DNA of 28,412 nt from Marine Group I thaumarchaeote (GTDB lineage Archaea > Thermoproteota > Nitrososphaeria > Nitrososphaerales > Nitrosopumilaceae): contig JACATA010000007.1 of assembly GCA_013390375.1 (NCBI GenBank), positions 1-28,412 on the forward strand. The letters are read 5' to 3'. The translations under genes and the position numbers were made by a program. The notes under the pieces were generated by a model that had not been told where the DNA came from, ran no database searches, and saw only the letters and a program-made list of their open reading frames with translations. Positions 1-6,788 of the stretch are shown here, piece after piece. Every line of letters begins with the position of its first letter. The first letter of the stretch is position 1.

Positions 1-16
1 CTGATTTATCAGACAT
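1..16 (-). CDS. 5' end (MSDKS...) of a small ORF running off the left edge; paralogue of 2054..2239
   Basis: nt 4..23 are identical to 2227..2246, which contain the ATG and first codons (MSDK) of the 61-aa ORF. Preceded on the minus strand by junction repeat J1. Confidence 0.3.
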
Positions 17-50
17 AAAAAAAGAAAAGGTCAGGATTAAGATAAAGTTT
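14..50 (-). repeat. junction repeat J1 (minus strand: ...TTATCTTAA-TCCTGACCTTTTCTTTTTTT-ATG)
   Basis: Near-identical to 757..793. The first 23 nt are also shared with 927..949. Spans the stop of one micro-ORF, a ~20-nt spacer and the ATG of the next. Confidence 0.8.
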
Positions 51-168
51 TTTTGATTTTTTGATCGTTACTTGTACCGTGTAGAATTTTGTCTACTTTA
101 CTTTCAAATTCCTTTTGTGACTTATCTTCATCGGTTTCATTGTAATTCATCTTTAGGTTATCATCCAT
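37..168 (-). CDS. hypothetical micro-protein, 43 aa (MDDNLKMNYNETDEDKSQKEFESKVDKILHGTSNDQKIKKTLS)
   Basis: Hand-translated ATG..TAA ORF, below the ORF-track cutoff. C-terminal ...IKKTLS matches the family C-terminus. The stop lies inside junction repeat J1. Confidence 0.35.
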   Translation of the reverse strand: MDDNLKMNYNETDEDKSQKEFESKVDKILHGTSNDQKIKKTLS

Positions 169-226
169 AATGTCATTTAGCAACCAACCTTATCTTAAGA
201 ATTGTGTAAGCCTGAAAACTCGTTTT

Positions 227-340
227 TTATGGCGAAACTAACTCATCAAACATAGGCTGTCCAAACACCAGCACAAGAAAACCAAGTATTACAATACCTA
301 TGAGAGACAAGTTTCTGTTAATTCGTTTTGATCTTTTCAT
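227..340 (-). CDS. hypothetical single-pass membrane micro-protein, 37 aa (MKRSKRINRNLSLIGIVILGFLVLVFGQPMFDELVSP)
   Basis: Hand-translated ORF with a basic N-terminus followed by a 17-residue hydrophobic helix. Lies directly downstream of the 53-nt repeat copy A. Confidence 0.35.
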   Translation of the reverse strand: MKRSKRINRNLSLIGIVILGFLVLVFGQPMFDELVSP

Positions 341-343
341 ATA

Positions 344-396
344 ATTCTAAATTCTGCTAGGTAAGACTTCTACATAAATCGAGTTAAGATTCTAAG
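344..396. repeat. 53-nt dispersed repeat, copy A
   Basis: attctaaattctgctaggtaagacttctacataaatcgagttaagattctaag differs at about 5 positions from 1037..1089. Covers the last codons (LES*) of a micro-ORF plus 40 nt downstream. Confidence 0.85.
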
Positions 397-611
397 ATTT
401 TATTGATTTTTTCATTATGCTCGAGAACAGTTCCATCAATGTATTTTCCAATACGTTTGAGTTGCTCATTATTACTCAACTTGTTCCATCTAGTTGATGC
501 AAATAGAGACTTCCAACCTGTAATCTGCTTAGTACCTGGCACTATACCTGAAGCCTCTTCAAGTTCGATAAGTATTTTCTTAATCGCTTCAAGTTTTTCC
601 TTATCGTTCAT
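384..611 (-). CDS. hypothetical small protein, 75 aa (MNDKEKLEAIKKIL...NEKINKILES)
   Basis: ORF track. ATG lies 1 nt after the TGA of the upstream 48-aa ORF. Shares the MNDK start and the ...KILES end with neighbours. No domain recognised. Confidence 0.6.
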   Translation of the reverse strand: MNDKEKLEAIKKILIELEEASGIVPGTKQITGWKSLFASTRWNKLSNNEQLKRIGKYIDGTVLEHNEKINKILES

Positions 612-612
612 G

Positions 613-759
613 TCATTCTTCTAAGATTTTTTTGATATCTTCTAACGACTTTTGTATGTATGAAGTGTTATTGTAGGCATTACTAGGATTACCAACAAAC
701 GTTTCCAAATCAACAACAAGTCGTAAAACTTCTATGATTTTTAGCTCACTTTTATTCAT
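613..759 (-). CDS. hypothetical micro-protein, 48 aa (MNKSELKIIEVLRLVVDLETFVGNPSNAYNNTSYIQKSLEDIKKILEE)
   Basis: Hand-translated ORF. ATG is directly preceded by junction repeat J2. The stop lies 1 nt before the ATG of 384..611. Family-type C-terminus ...IKKILEE. Confidence 0.45.
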   Translation of the reverse strand: MNKSELKIIEVLRLVVDLETFVGNPSNAYNNTSYIQKSLEDIKKILEE

Positions 760-793
760 AAAAAAGAAAAGGTCAGGATTAAGATAAGGTTTC
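757..793 (-). repeat. junction repeat J2
   Basis: cataaaaaagaaaaggtcaggattaagataaggtttc matches 14..50 with one A-run length difference and one substitution. Confidence 0.8.
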
Positions 794-841
794 TTTCAGT
801 TTTTCTAATAGGGTTTTTTCAAGGCTAAAAAATGTATTAAA
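779..841 (-). pseudogene. C-terminal fragment (FNTFFSLEKTLLEKLKETLS*) of a gene like 1235..1450
   Basis: DNA is about 80% identical by eye over ~60 nt to 1239..1300. The translation aligns with ...FTNTYFEAQKVLLEKLKKTLEK. An in-frame stop lies at 842..844, so only the tail survives. Confidence 0.4.
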
Positions 842-929
842 TTAGATTAAACAAAAGTATTATTGCTCCAACGACTATAATGCAAAGCGGAACAAATGGA
901 TTATGTATCATTTTATCATATCTGCTCAT
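837..929 (-). CDS. hypothetical membrane micro-protein, 30 aa (MSRYDKMIHNPFVPLCIIVVGAIILLFNLI)
   Basis: Hand-translated ORF with a hydrophobic C-terminal helix. ATG is directly preceded by junction repeat J3. Confidence 0.3.
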   Translation of the reverse strand: MSRYDKMIHNPFVPLCIIVVGAIILLFNLI

Positions 930-949
930 AAAAAAAGAAAAGGTCAGGA
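927..949 (-). repeat. junction repeat J3 (spacer part only)
   Basis: cataaaaaaagaaaaggtcagga is identical to 14..36, then diverges. Confidence 0.75.
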
Positions 950-1036
950 AGTACAAAAGTCTGAGTGCTTCATAAGCTTGCCATGCTCATCATAAGTCAG
1001 AGCAAATCGTTCAATTCATCAGCACTATACAGACAC

Positions 1037-1089
1037 ATTCTAAATCCTACTAGGTAAAGCTTCTACATAAATCGAGTTAAGATTCTAAG
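1037..1089. repeat. 53-nt dispersed repeat, copy B
   Basis: attctaaatcctactaggtaaagcttctacataaatcgagttaagattctaag pairs with 344..396. Its first 13 nt, with the preceding c, recur at 23458..23470. Confidence 0.85.
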
Positions 1090-1238
1090 GTTTTTTTAAT
1101 TGCATCTAGCATTATTCTCATCTTCTGTGCGTTTGCTTTGTAATGTTTAGATGATCCCGAATCCTCAAAATCTTGAATTAATTCTAAAGTCTTTTTGATT
1201 TTTTCCTTATCAGTTAGTGTCCATACTGGCTGTGTCAT
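1077..1238 (-). CDS. hypothetical micro-protein, 53 aa (MTQPVWTLTDKEKIKKTLELIQDFEDSGSSKHYKANAQKMRIMLDAIKKTLES)
   Basis: Hand-translated ORF. Its ATG overlaps the TGA of 1235..1450 (ATGA). C-terminal ...KKTLES* plus downstream sequence lie in repeat copy B. Confidence 0.5.
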   Translation of the reverse strand: MTQPVWTLTDKEKIKKTLELIQDFEDSGSSKHYKANAQKMRIMLDAIKKTLES

Positions 1239-1450
1239 TTTTCTAAGGTTTTTTTCAGTTTTTCCAATAAGACTTTTTGAGCTTCAAAATAAGTATTAGT
1301 AAATTTATCAGCGTCATCGCTTCTATTTTCATTCTGATACCATTCTAGTCTTTGTTTATCAAGAAAATTCTGTGTTGACTTGATAGTTTCTAAAGCTTCT
1401 TTGATTCTTTCCCTATTTGTAAAAAATTCCTTGAGAGTTTTATCGTTCAT
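1235..1450 (-). CDS. hypothetical small protein, 71 aa (MNDKTLKEFF...LLEKLKKTLEK)
   Basis: ORF track gives 1235..1495 from a TTG. I prefer the ATG at 1450 because MNDK starts the paralogue 384..611 and because ATGAACGAT recurs at 603..611, 23452..23460 and 23609..23617. Confidence 0.55.
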   Translation of the reverse strand: MNDKTLKEFFTNRERIKEALETIKSTQNFLDKQRLEWYQNENRSDDADKFTNTYFEAQKVLLEKLKKTLEK

Positions 1451-1548
1451 TCTTTCACACATGGCTTTGAATGGTGGATTAACTTTTTTCCACAAATTTT
1501 ACAATAGTGTCTTAATGTGTTCATGTCTTTAGAATAATGGTATACCAT
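1447..1548 (-). CDS. hypothetical Cys/His micro-protein, 33 aa (MVYHYSKDMNTLRHYCKICGKKLIHHSKPCVKE)
   Basis: 3' part of track ORF 1447..1656, trimmed to an internal ATG. Carries a CKICG motif as in 23457..23594. Its stop overlaps the ATG of 1235..1450 (ATGA). Confidence 0.35.
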   Translation of the reverse strand: MVYHYSKDMNTLRHYCKICGKKLIHHSKPCVKE

Positions 1549-1577
1549 ATTAAGTACATACGATAGTAATTTGTAAT

Positions 1578-1733
1578 ATGATTCCAATAGGTGAATTACA
1601 ATTACTTGCTTGTCTAACCTGTGGCGTAGTAGTTGCTGGTTATCTTTTTTACACAATACGCAACAAAAGACGAGAAAAAAAATTCAAAAAGCCTACTGCC
1701 AAATTGTCAGCAAAGTGTAGAAGGTATTCCTAA
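1578..1733 (+). CDS. hypothetical membrane micro-protein, 51 aa (MIPIGELQLLACLTCGVVVAGYLFYTIRNKRREKKFKKPTAKLSAKCRRYS)
   Basis: Hand-translated ATG..TAA ORF with one hydrophobic helix followed by a strongly basic tail. Divergent from the minus-strand array. Confidence 0.4.
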   Translation: MIPIGELQLLACLTCGVVVAGYLFYTIRNKRREKKFKKPTAKLSAKCRRYS

Positions 1734-1756
1734 GAAATCAAAAAAGTCTTAGAAAA

Positions 1757-1924
1757 ATGACACTAACAGATAAGGAAATATTGGAAATTGAGCGAATACT
1801 TGACGATTTAGAAATATATGTTCAGAGTCATATCAAAGAACGAAGAGTAATTTCAGCAGAAGTTCTAAAAATTAGGAGAATATTAAAATCTGGCGAGCAA
1901 CAAATATTTTATAAAGACTCTTGA
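1757..1924 (+). CDS. hypothetical micro-protein, 55 aa (MTLTDKEILEIERILDDLEIYVQSHIKERRVISAEVLKIRRILKSGEQQIFYKDS)
   Basis: Hand-translated ORF. N-terminal TLTDKE matches TLTDKEK in 1077..1238. Confidence 0.45.
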   Translation: MTLTDKEILEIERILDDLEIYVQSHIKERRVISAEVLKIRRILKSGEQQIFYKDS

Positions 1925-1925
1925 T

Positions 1926-2027
1926 ATGTTCTTGAAATTCATTCGCAAATATTATAGAGAAATCTTAATTGTAATAGCTGGTGTTACTGGCTTCATACTT
2001 TATGTAAATTATGCTAGTATTCACTAG
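1926..2027 (+). CDS. hypothetical membrane micro-protein, 33 aa (MFLKFIRKYYREILIVIAGVTGFILYVNYASIH)
   Basis: Hand-translated ORF starting 1 nt after the stop of 1757..1924. Contains one hydrophobic helix. Confidence 0.3.
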   Translation: MFLKFIRKYYREILIVIAGVTGFILYVNYASIH

Positions 2028-2053
2028 GCTTTGAGATTCTTGATAACTTAATT

Positions 2054-2239
2054 TTAGCTTAATTCTTCTTTCAGTTTTTTGATTTCATTTTTTAAATCGT
2101 TTGCCATGATTTGCGTAGTACAGGAGACCTTCTCATCATTTGTATGAGTCCATTTAGCCTTATTACAAATTGAACACATACCAAAAATATCGTTTGTCGC
2201 ATTTTCCATAATTTGAGGAATTTCTAATTTATCAGACAT
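2054..2239 (-). CDS. hypothetical small Cys-containing protein, 61 aa
   Basis: ORF track. Contains a CSIC motif plus a later Cys. C-terminal ...IKKLKEELS resembles the family tail. Its start region is duplicated at 4..23. Confidence 0.55.
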   Translation of the reverse strand: MSDKLEIPQIMENATNDIFGMCSICNKAKWTHTNDEKVSCTTQIMANDLKNEIKKLKEELS

Positions 2240-2330
2240 AAAAAAATAGAAAGACTATGAAGTATGAATAGTTTTCCGCCCTACGCGTGTGGTTTACAAA
2301 ATCTAATTAACTAAATTTGACAATAAATTA

Positions 2331-3017
2331 TTAATTAATTAATGTTGAAATATCTACTTGGCTTGTAATCATCTCTGAAAAATCAGCTAGATTAAATTTT
2401 GTTAGATGTGGTAATGAACATAACACAGGCAAATTAGTCAATACACTTAGATCTCTTTCTAATTCAGATATAGGATACCCAGTAGAGTCAAAATTATTTA
2501 TGATCAATCCCTTCACTGGAATTTTCATATTTTTACACATGTTACACGTCATTATTGTATGGTTCATGGTTCCCATCTTTGAACTTGTAACGATAATTGT
2601 GTTTGCATTAAGATCTTTTATCAAGTCTATGATTGCATAATCTTTCAAAATTGGCGTCATAATACCACCAATGCCTTCAACTAGTATTATGTCATGAATT
2701 TTGTTTAGTTTTCTAAAACATTTTGTTACATGTTTAATATCTATTTTAACACCAAGATTTTTTGCTGCTGTATAAGGTGATGTAGGTATAGGAAAAAAGA
2801 ATGGGTTGACAAATTCCTCAGGATCACAAACATTTGCTGCATTAGAAAGTATACTTAGATCTTTAGATGAAAATCCAGTTTTTTGTTTAACGCCGCAAGC
2901 AAACGGCTTCATAATTCCAACATCAATACCTGATTTTTTTAATGAATGTGCTATTCCAGCACAGACAGATGTTTTCCCTATATCAGTGTCAGTGGCAGTA
3001 ACAAAAAGTGATTTCAT
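2331..3017 (-). CDS. bioD: dethiobiotin synthetase
   Basis: N-terminal P-loop-like FVTATDTDIGKTSV and overall BioD-like sequence. ATGA overlap with bioA. Sits in a bio cluster. Confidence 0.9.
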   Translation of the reverse strand: MKSLFVTATDTDIGKTSVCAGIAHSLKKSGIDVGIMKPFACGVKQKTGFSSKDLSILSNAANVCDPEEFVNPFFFPIPTSPYTAAKNLGVKIDIKHVTKCFRKLNKIHDIILVEGIGGIMTPILKDYAIIDLIKDLNANTIIVTSSKMGTMNHTIMTCNMCKNMKIPVKGLIINNFDSTGYPISELERDLSVLTNLPVLCSLPHLTKFNLADFSEMITSQVDISTLIN

Positions 3018-4345
3018 TTTAATGACTTTGAAATTCCTTTAACTGTTTTTAATGCCCCATCAACTAGTAAATTAATTTCATTATTAGATATTGCGAGTGG
3101 TGGTACCAACATGACAACATTTCCTAACGTTCTAAAAAATATATTATGCTTTCTGCCCTCATCAAAAACAATTTTATTAATTGACTTTTTTGTTTTTATT
3201 AAATAATCATTTACTAATTCAACACCCATAAGCATCCCTTTTTGTCTTACATCACCAACCAGTTCTAACTCATAAAATTCATTTGCTCTATTTTCAAAAA
3301 CTTTGGATGTTTTTTGAATTTTTTGAATTAGTTTTGTTTTTTCATATAATTTTATATTTTCAAGCGCAAGCGATGCAGCTATAGGATTTCCCGTATATGT
3401 ATGACCATGAAACAAATGTTTTCCCTCAGAGAATTTGCCTAAAAATGAATTTGAAATCTTTTTTGCTGTTAAAGTAGCTGCGAATGTTAAATATCCGCCA
3501 GTCAGCATTTTACCAAAGGAAACAATATCCGGATGACAATCTTGGTTTTTGTATTCAATCATTGAACCAAGTCTACCAAATCCTGTAGCAATTTCATCTA
3601 AAACAAACAAAATATTATATTTTTTGCATATTGTATTAATCCGTTTTTGAAAGTTTTTCGGATAAATATTCACACCTCCAGCTACTTGCGCGCCACTCTC
3701 CATAACAAATGCAGCAATCATATCATCCTTAGATAGTCTATCTTCGATTTTTTCTAAGCAAATATTCTCAAACTCTTTAAGAGTAATATTCCTGGGTAGA
3801 TGATATTGTCTTGGAACCTTAAACTGTAAAGTTGAAAATAGTTTGGATCTAAACTTTGAAAAAAATTCTGGTACATATCCGACTGACATTGCACCAAATG
3901 TATCTCCGTGATATCCATTTTCAAGTGTAGCAATTTTGGTTTTATTCTTTAACCCCAGGTTATTCCAATATTGCAGGGCAATTTTTATAGCAATTTCCAT
4001 TGCAGTTGAACCATTATCAGAAAAAAAAACTTGAGCCATATTTGGAGACATCTTTACCAGTTTTTTAGCCAACATCTCAGCCGGCTCATTTGTTAGATTG
4101 AATAATGACGAATGCTGAAGTTTTTTTGTTTGTTTAATTATTGCGCTAATTAATTCTTTTTTAGAATGTCCCCAAACATTACACCACATACTTGCTACAC
4201 CGTCAAGTAACTTGTTTCCATCATCATCAATTAACCACATTCCTTCACCACGAACAATTTTTGGGAATTTTGTCCATTCTAACATCTGTGTATTTGGGTG
4301 CCATAGATAATTTTGATTTTTCATTACTGCATAAAGATTATTCAC
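3014..4345 (-). CDS. bioA: adenosylmethionine-8-amino-7-oxononanoate aminotransferase
   Basis: Class-III aminotransferase features (YLWHPNTQM, WCNVWGH, FVLDEIATGFGRLG, SFGKMLTGG with the PLP lysine). The track start is a GTG at 4345; an alternative ATG lies at 4324. Confidence 0.92.
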   Translation of the reverse strand: MNNLYAVMKNQNYLWHPNTQMLEWTKFPKIVRGEGMWLIDDDGNKLLDGVASMWCNVWGHSKKELISAIIKQTKKLQHSSLFNLTNEPAEMLAKKLVKMSPNMAQVFFSDNGSTAMEIAIKIALQYWNNLGLKNKTKIATLENGYHGDTFGAMSVGYVPEFFSKFRSKLFSTLQFKVPRQYHLPRNITLKEFENICLEKIEDRLSKDDMIAAFVMESGAQVAGGVNIYPKNFQKRINTICKKYNILFVLDEIATGFGRLGSMIEYKNQDCHPDIVSFGKMLTGGYLTFAATLTAKKISNSFLGKFSEGKHLFHGHTYTGNPIAASLALENIKLYEKTKLIQKIQKTSKVFENRANEFYELELVGDVRQKGMLMGVELVNDYLIKTKKSINKIVFDEGRKHNIFFRTLGNVVMLVPPLAISNNEINLLVDGALKTVKGISKSLK

Positions 4346-4356
4346 TGCTAAATAAT

Positions 4357-4386
4357 CGTTAACTTCAAAAAATATTTTGGTTAACG
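4357..4386. promoter_or_regulatory. inverted repeat CGTTAAC-N16-GTTAACG in the divergent bioA/bioB intergenic region (candidate operator)
   Basis: 7-nt perfect arms, each containing palindromic GTTAAC. Lies in the spacer between the two divergent bio transcription units. Confidence 0.35.
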
Positions 4387-4416
4387 CTTAATTATAGATC
4401 AAAATTAAAAAAATTA

Positions 4417-5397
4417 ATGACCGAAAAGCCTGAATTAATTTTAAAATATCGTAATGATGTTATTATTGGCAGAAAAATAACAAAATCTAGTGCATCTGAA
4501 TTATTTAATCTAGATAATGAATTTCTTCTGAATTTATCAGATTCCGCAAATTTCATCACAAGACATTTCCAAGGTTCAAGGGTTGATATTGAAGAATTAG
4601 CAAATATTAAAAAAAATTTTTGTAGTGAAGACTGTGTATTTTGTTCCCAGTCAGCGTTTTTCAACACAGAAATTAATGGCTATCAACTTCCACCACCTGA
4701 GGAGATAGTTCAACAGGCATTAAAGGCAAAAAATGAAGGGGCGAATTCATTTTGTCTTGTGGCTGCATGGCGAGAACCTAATACACCTGATTTTGAAAAG
4801 GTATGTAAAATAATTGAAGAGATTAATAAAAAAGTTGGAATTTCGATTGAATGCAGTCTTGGATTTTTAACAGCCAAACAAGCTAAAACATTAAAAAAAC
4901 TTCAAGTAAAAAGATATAATCATAATTTAGAAACCTCACGTAGTAAATTCTCAGAAATTTGCTCAACTCATACTTATCAAGATAGAGTGAAGACATTGAA
5001 AATTGTAAGAAATGCTGGTTTAGAAATTTGCACCGGTGGGATAATCGGTCTTGGTGAGACTAGAAAACAACGTGAGGAACTTATTTTTGAAATTGCAGAA
5101 TTTGAACCTGAGGAAGTTACTATTAACATGCTAATTCCAATGCCAGGTACACCCTTAGAACTTCAAACACCTTTAGATATCACAGAAATTTTGAGAGTGT
5201 TTAGTACCCTTAGATTCCTTTTACCAAAATCAATAATCAAAATTTCAGGAGGAAGAGAAGTTAATCTGAAAGATGATGGGAAAAAATTGCTACTAGGTGG
5301 AGCAAACGGAATTATCAGTACAGGATATTTAACTATGGGTGGAAATCCAATAAAAAAAGACCTTGAAATGATTAAAGAGATAAATCTTGAAACCTAA
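4417..5397 (+). CDS. bioB: biotin synthase (radical SAM)
   Basis: CSEDCVFCSQS (CxxxCxxC radical-SAM motif) and BioB-like length and sequence. Overlaps bioF by 11 nt. Confidence 0.93.
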   Translation: MTEKPELILKYRNDVIIGRKITKSSASELFNLDNEFLLNLSDSANFITRHFQGSRVDIEELANIKKNFCSEDCVFCSQSAFFNTEINGYQLPPPEEIVQQALKAKNEGANSFCLVAAWREPNTPDFEKVCKIIEEINKKVGISIECSLGFLTAKQAKTLKKLQVKRYNHNLETSRSKFSEICSTHTYQDRVKTLKIVRNAGLEICTGGIIGLGETRKQREELIFEIAEFEPEEVTINMLIPMPGTPLELQTPLDITEILRVFSTLRFLLPKSIIKISGGREVNLKDDGKKLLLGGANGIISTGYLTMGGNPIKKDLEMIKEINLET

Positions 5398-6517
5398 ATT
5401 AGAATATATTAATTCTCAATTAAAAAATATCAGAAAAAATAATCTTTATAGAAAAATGTATGATAGTAAAATTACTGGTCCATATATCACAATTAATTCC
5501 AAAACTCTCATTAATCTTTGTTCAAATGATTACTTAGGAATAACGCAGCCTAAGATTTCAAACAAACAAAATCAATCTAGCTCTCGTCTGGTTGCTGGAA
5601 ATGACAATTCGTTTAGAATTCTTGAAGAAAAATTAGCAAAACACAAATCACAAGAACGTTCATTAATTTTCCCAACTGGATACATGGCAAACCTTGGTGT
5701 AATATCTTCACTTATTGGAAAAAATGATCTAGTATTAAGTGATAAACTAAATCATGCAAGTCTTATTGAAGCCTGTAAACTATGCAATGCAAAATTATCA
5801 ATTTTTAAACACAACAACATGAGTGATTTAATTCATAAAATCAAAACAAAAGCCAGACGAAAATTCATAATTACAGAAGGAATATTTAGTATGGATGGAG
5901 ATTTTTCCAATTTAAATACTATTTCTGAAATTTCTGAAAAAAACAATGCGATAATCATACTAGATGATGCCCATGGTGACTTTGTTGTGGGTAATGATGG
6001 TAAAGGTACAGCAAATTATTTTGGAGTTTCAAAAAAAATTGATGTTTATATCAGTAGTTTAAGCAAGGGGTTAGGATCATTTGGAGGATATGTATCATCA
6101 AGGAAAAGCATCATTGAATTATGTATTAATAAATCAAAATCTTTTATCTATACGTCTGCACTGCCTAGACTCCTGATTGATGATGCCACAAAAAGATTTG
6201 AATCCAATAGAGAAAAAAATCGAAAAAAATTATGGAAAAACGTGAAAAAGTTTTCAGCAGGTTTAAAAAAAATAGGTTTTAATGTAAATTCAAATTCGCA
6301 TATATTTCCAATTATAATTGGAAAAGAAAAAGCAGCAATAGAATTTGGAGAATATCTTTTTAAAAATGGAATTTTTGCTCAGCCCATCAGATATCCAACT
6401 GTTTCACGTAATCATGCAAGAATTAGAATTTCAATTACTGCTAGGCTAACAGATGATCATATAACAAAATCGTTGTCTGTATTAGAAAGTGCAAAAAGGA
6501 AATTTCATTTAATATAA
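5387..6517 (+). CDS. bioF: 8-amino-7-oxononanoate synthase
   Basis: Alpha-oxoamine synthase features (NDYLG, DDAHG, SSLSKGLGSFGG with the PLP lysine). TTG start at 5387 keeps a normal N-terminal length; first ATG is 23 codons later. Confidence 0.9.
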   Translation: MKPKLEYINSQLKNIRKNNLYRKMYDSKITGPYITINSKTLINLCSNDYLGITQPKISNKQNQSSSRLVAGNDNSFRILEEKLAKHKSQERSLIFPTGYMANLGVISSLIGKNDLVLSDKLNHASLIEACKLCNAKLSIFKHNNMSDLIHKIKTKARRKFIITEGIFSMDGDFSNLNTISEISEKNNAIIILDDAHGDFVVGNDGKGTANYFGVSKKIDVYISSLSKGLGSFGGYVSSRKSIIELCINKSKSFIYTSALPRLLIDDATKRFESNREKNRKKLWKNVKKFSAGLKKIGFNVNSNSHIFPIIIGKEKAAIEFGEYLFKNGIFAQPIRYPTVSRNHARIRISITARLTDDHITKSLSVLESAKRKFHLI

Positions 6518-6631
6518 TTATTTCATATCAAAGCCCAAACAACCAATTGCTTTGTTTGGACAACCAATAAAAAATGCTATTGTAATAACAATTCCTAGGA
6601 AGATAGCAATCATAATAAATCGCTTATTCAT
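6518..6631 (-). CDS. hypothetical membrane micro-protein, 37 aa (MNKRFIMIAIFLGIVITIAFFIGCPNKAIGCLGFDMK)
   Basis: Hand-translated ORF abutting the bioF stop. Hydrophobic helix followed by two Cys. Confidence 0.3.
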   Translation of the reverse strand: MNKRFIMIAIFLGIVITIAFFIGCPNKAIGCLGFDMK

Positions 6632-6788
6632 ATCCAAAATAAAAAATAGTTAGATAAAAAGCAATGGAATTTCAAAATTTCGAAACATTTACGTTCAAAA
6701 ATGAAGTTACATGAAATTTTTCGATCCGATTAGATCAAAAAATTTTAGTTAAGTCACAAAATGTAGATTTCTTGAATTACTTTTGAAA

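Noticed and set aside
186-791. 13-nt inverted match (186..198 vs 779..791, ttaagataaggtt) suggesting an invertible segment
   Set aside because: A rough estimate for this AT-rich composition gives an appreciable chance of one such 13-mer match within a 2-kb region, and no extended flanking similarity supports it.
14-949. Junction repeats J1-J3 as a possible CRISPR array
   Set aside because: There are only three copies with irregular spacing (about 740 and 170 nt). The repeats include start and stop codons of ORFs. There are no cas genes and no uniform spacers.
950-1036. Tiny ORFs (MCLYSADELNDLL*, MKHSDFCTS*) between junction repeat J3 and repeat copy B
   Set aside because: They are 9-13 codons long, lack family signatures, and lie in a region that looks like decayed cassette sequence.
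1447-1656. Full-length 69-aa track ORF on the minus strand
   Set aside because: Its 5' half overlaps the plausible plus-strand membrane ORF 1578..1733 and looks like noise. Only the 3' part, from the internal ATG at 1548 and carrying the CKICG motif and ATGA coupling, was kept, at low confidence.
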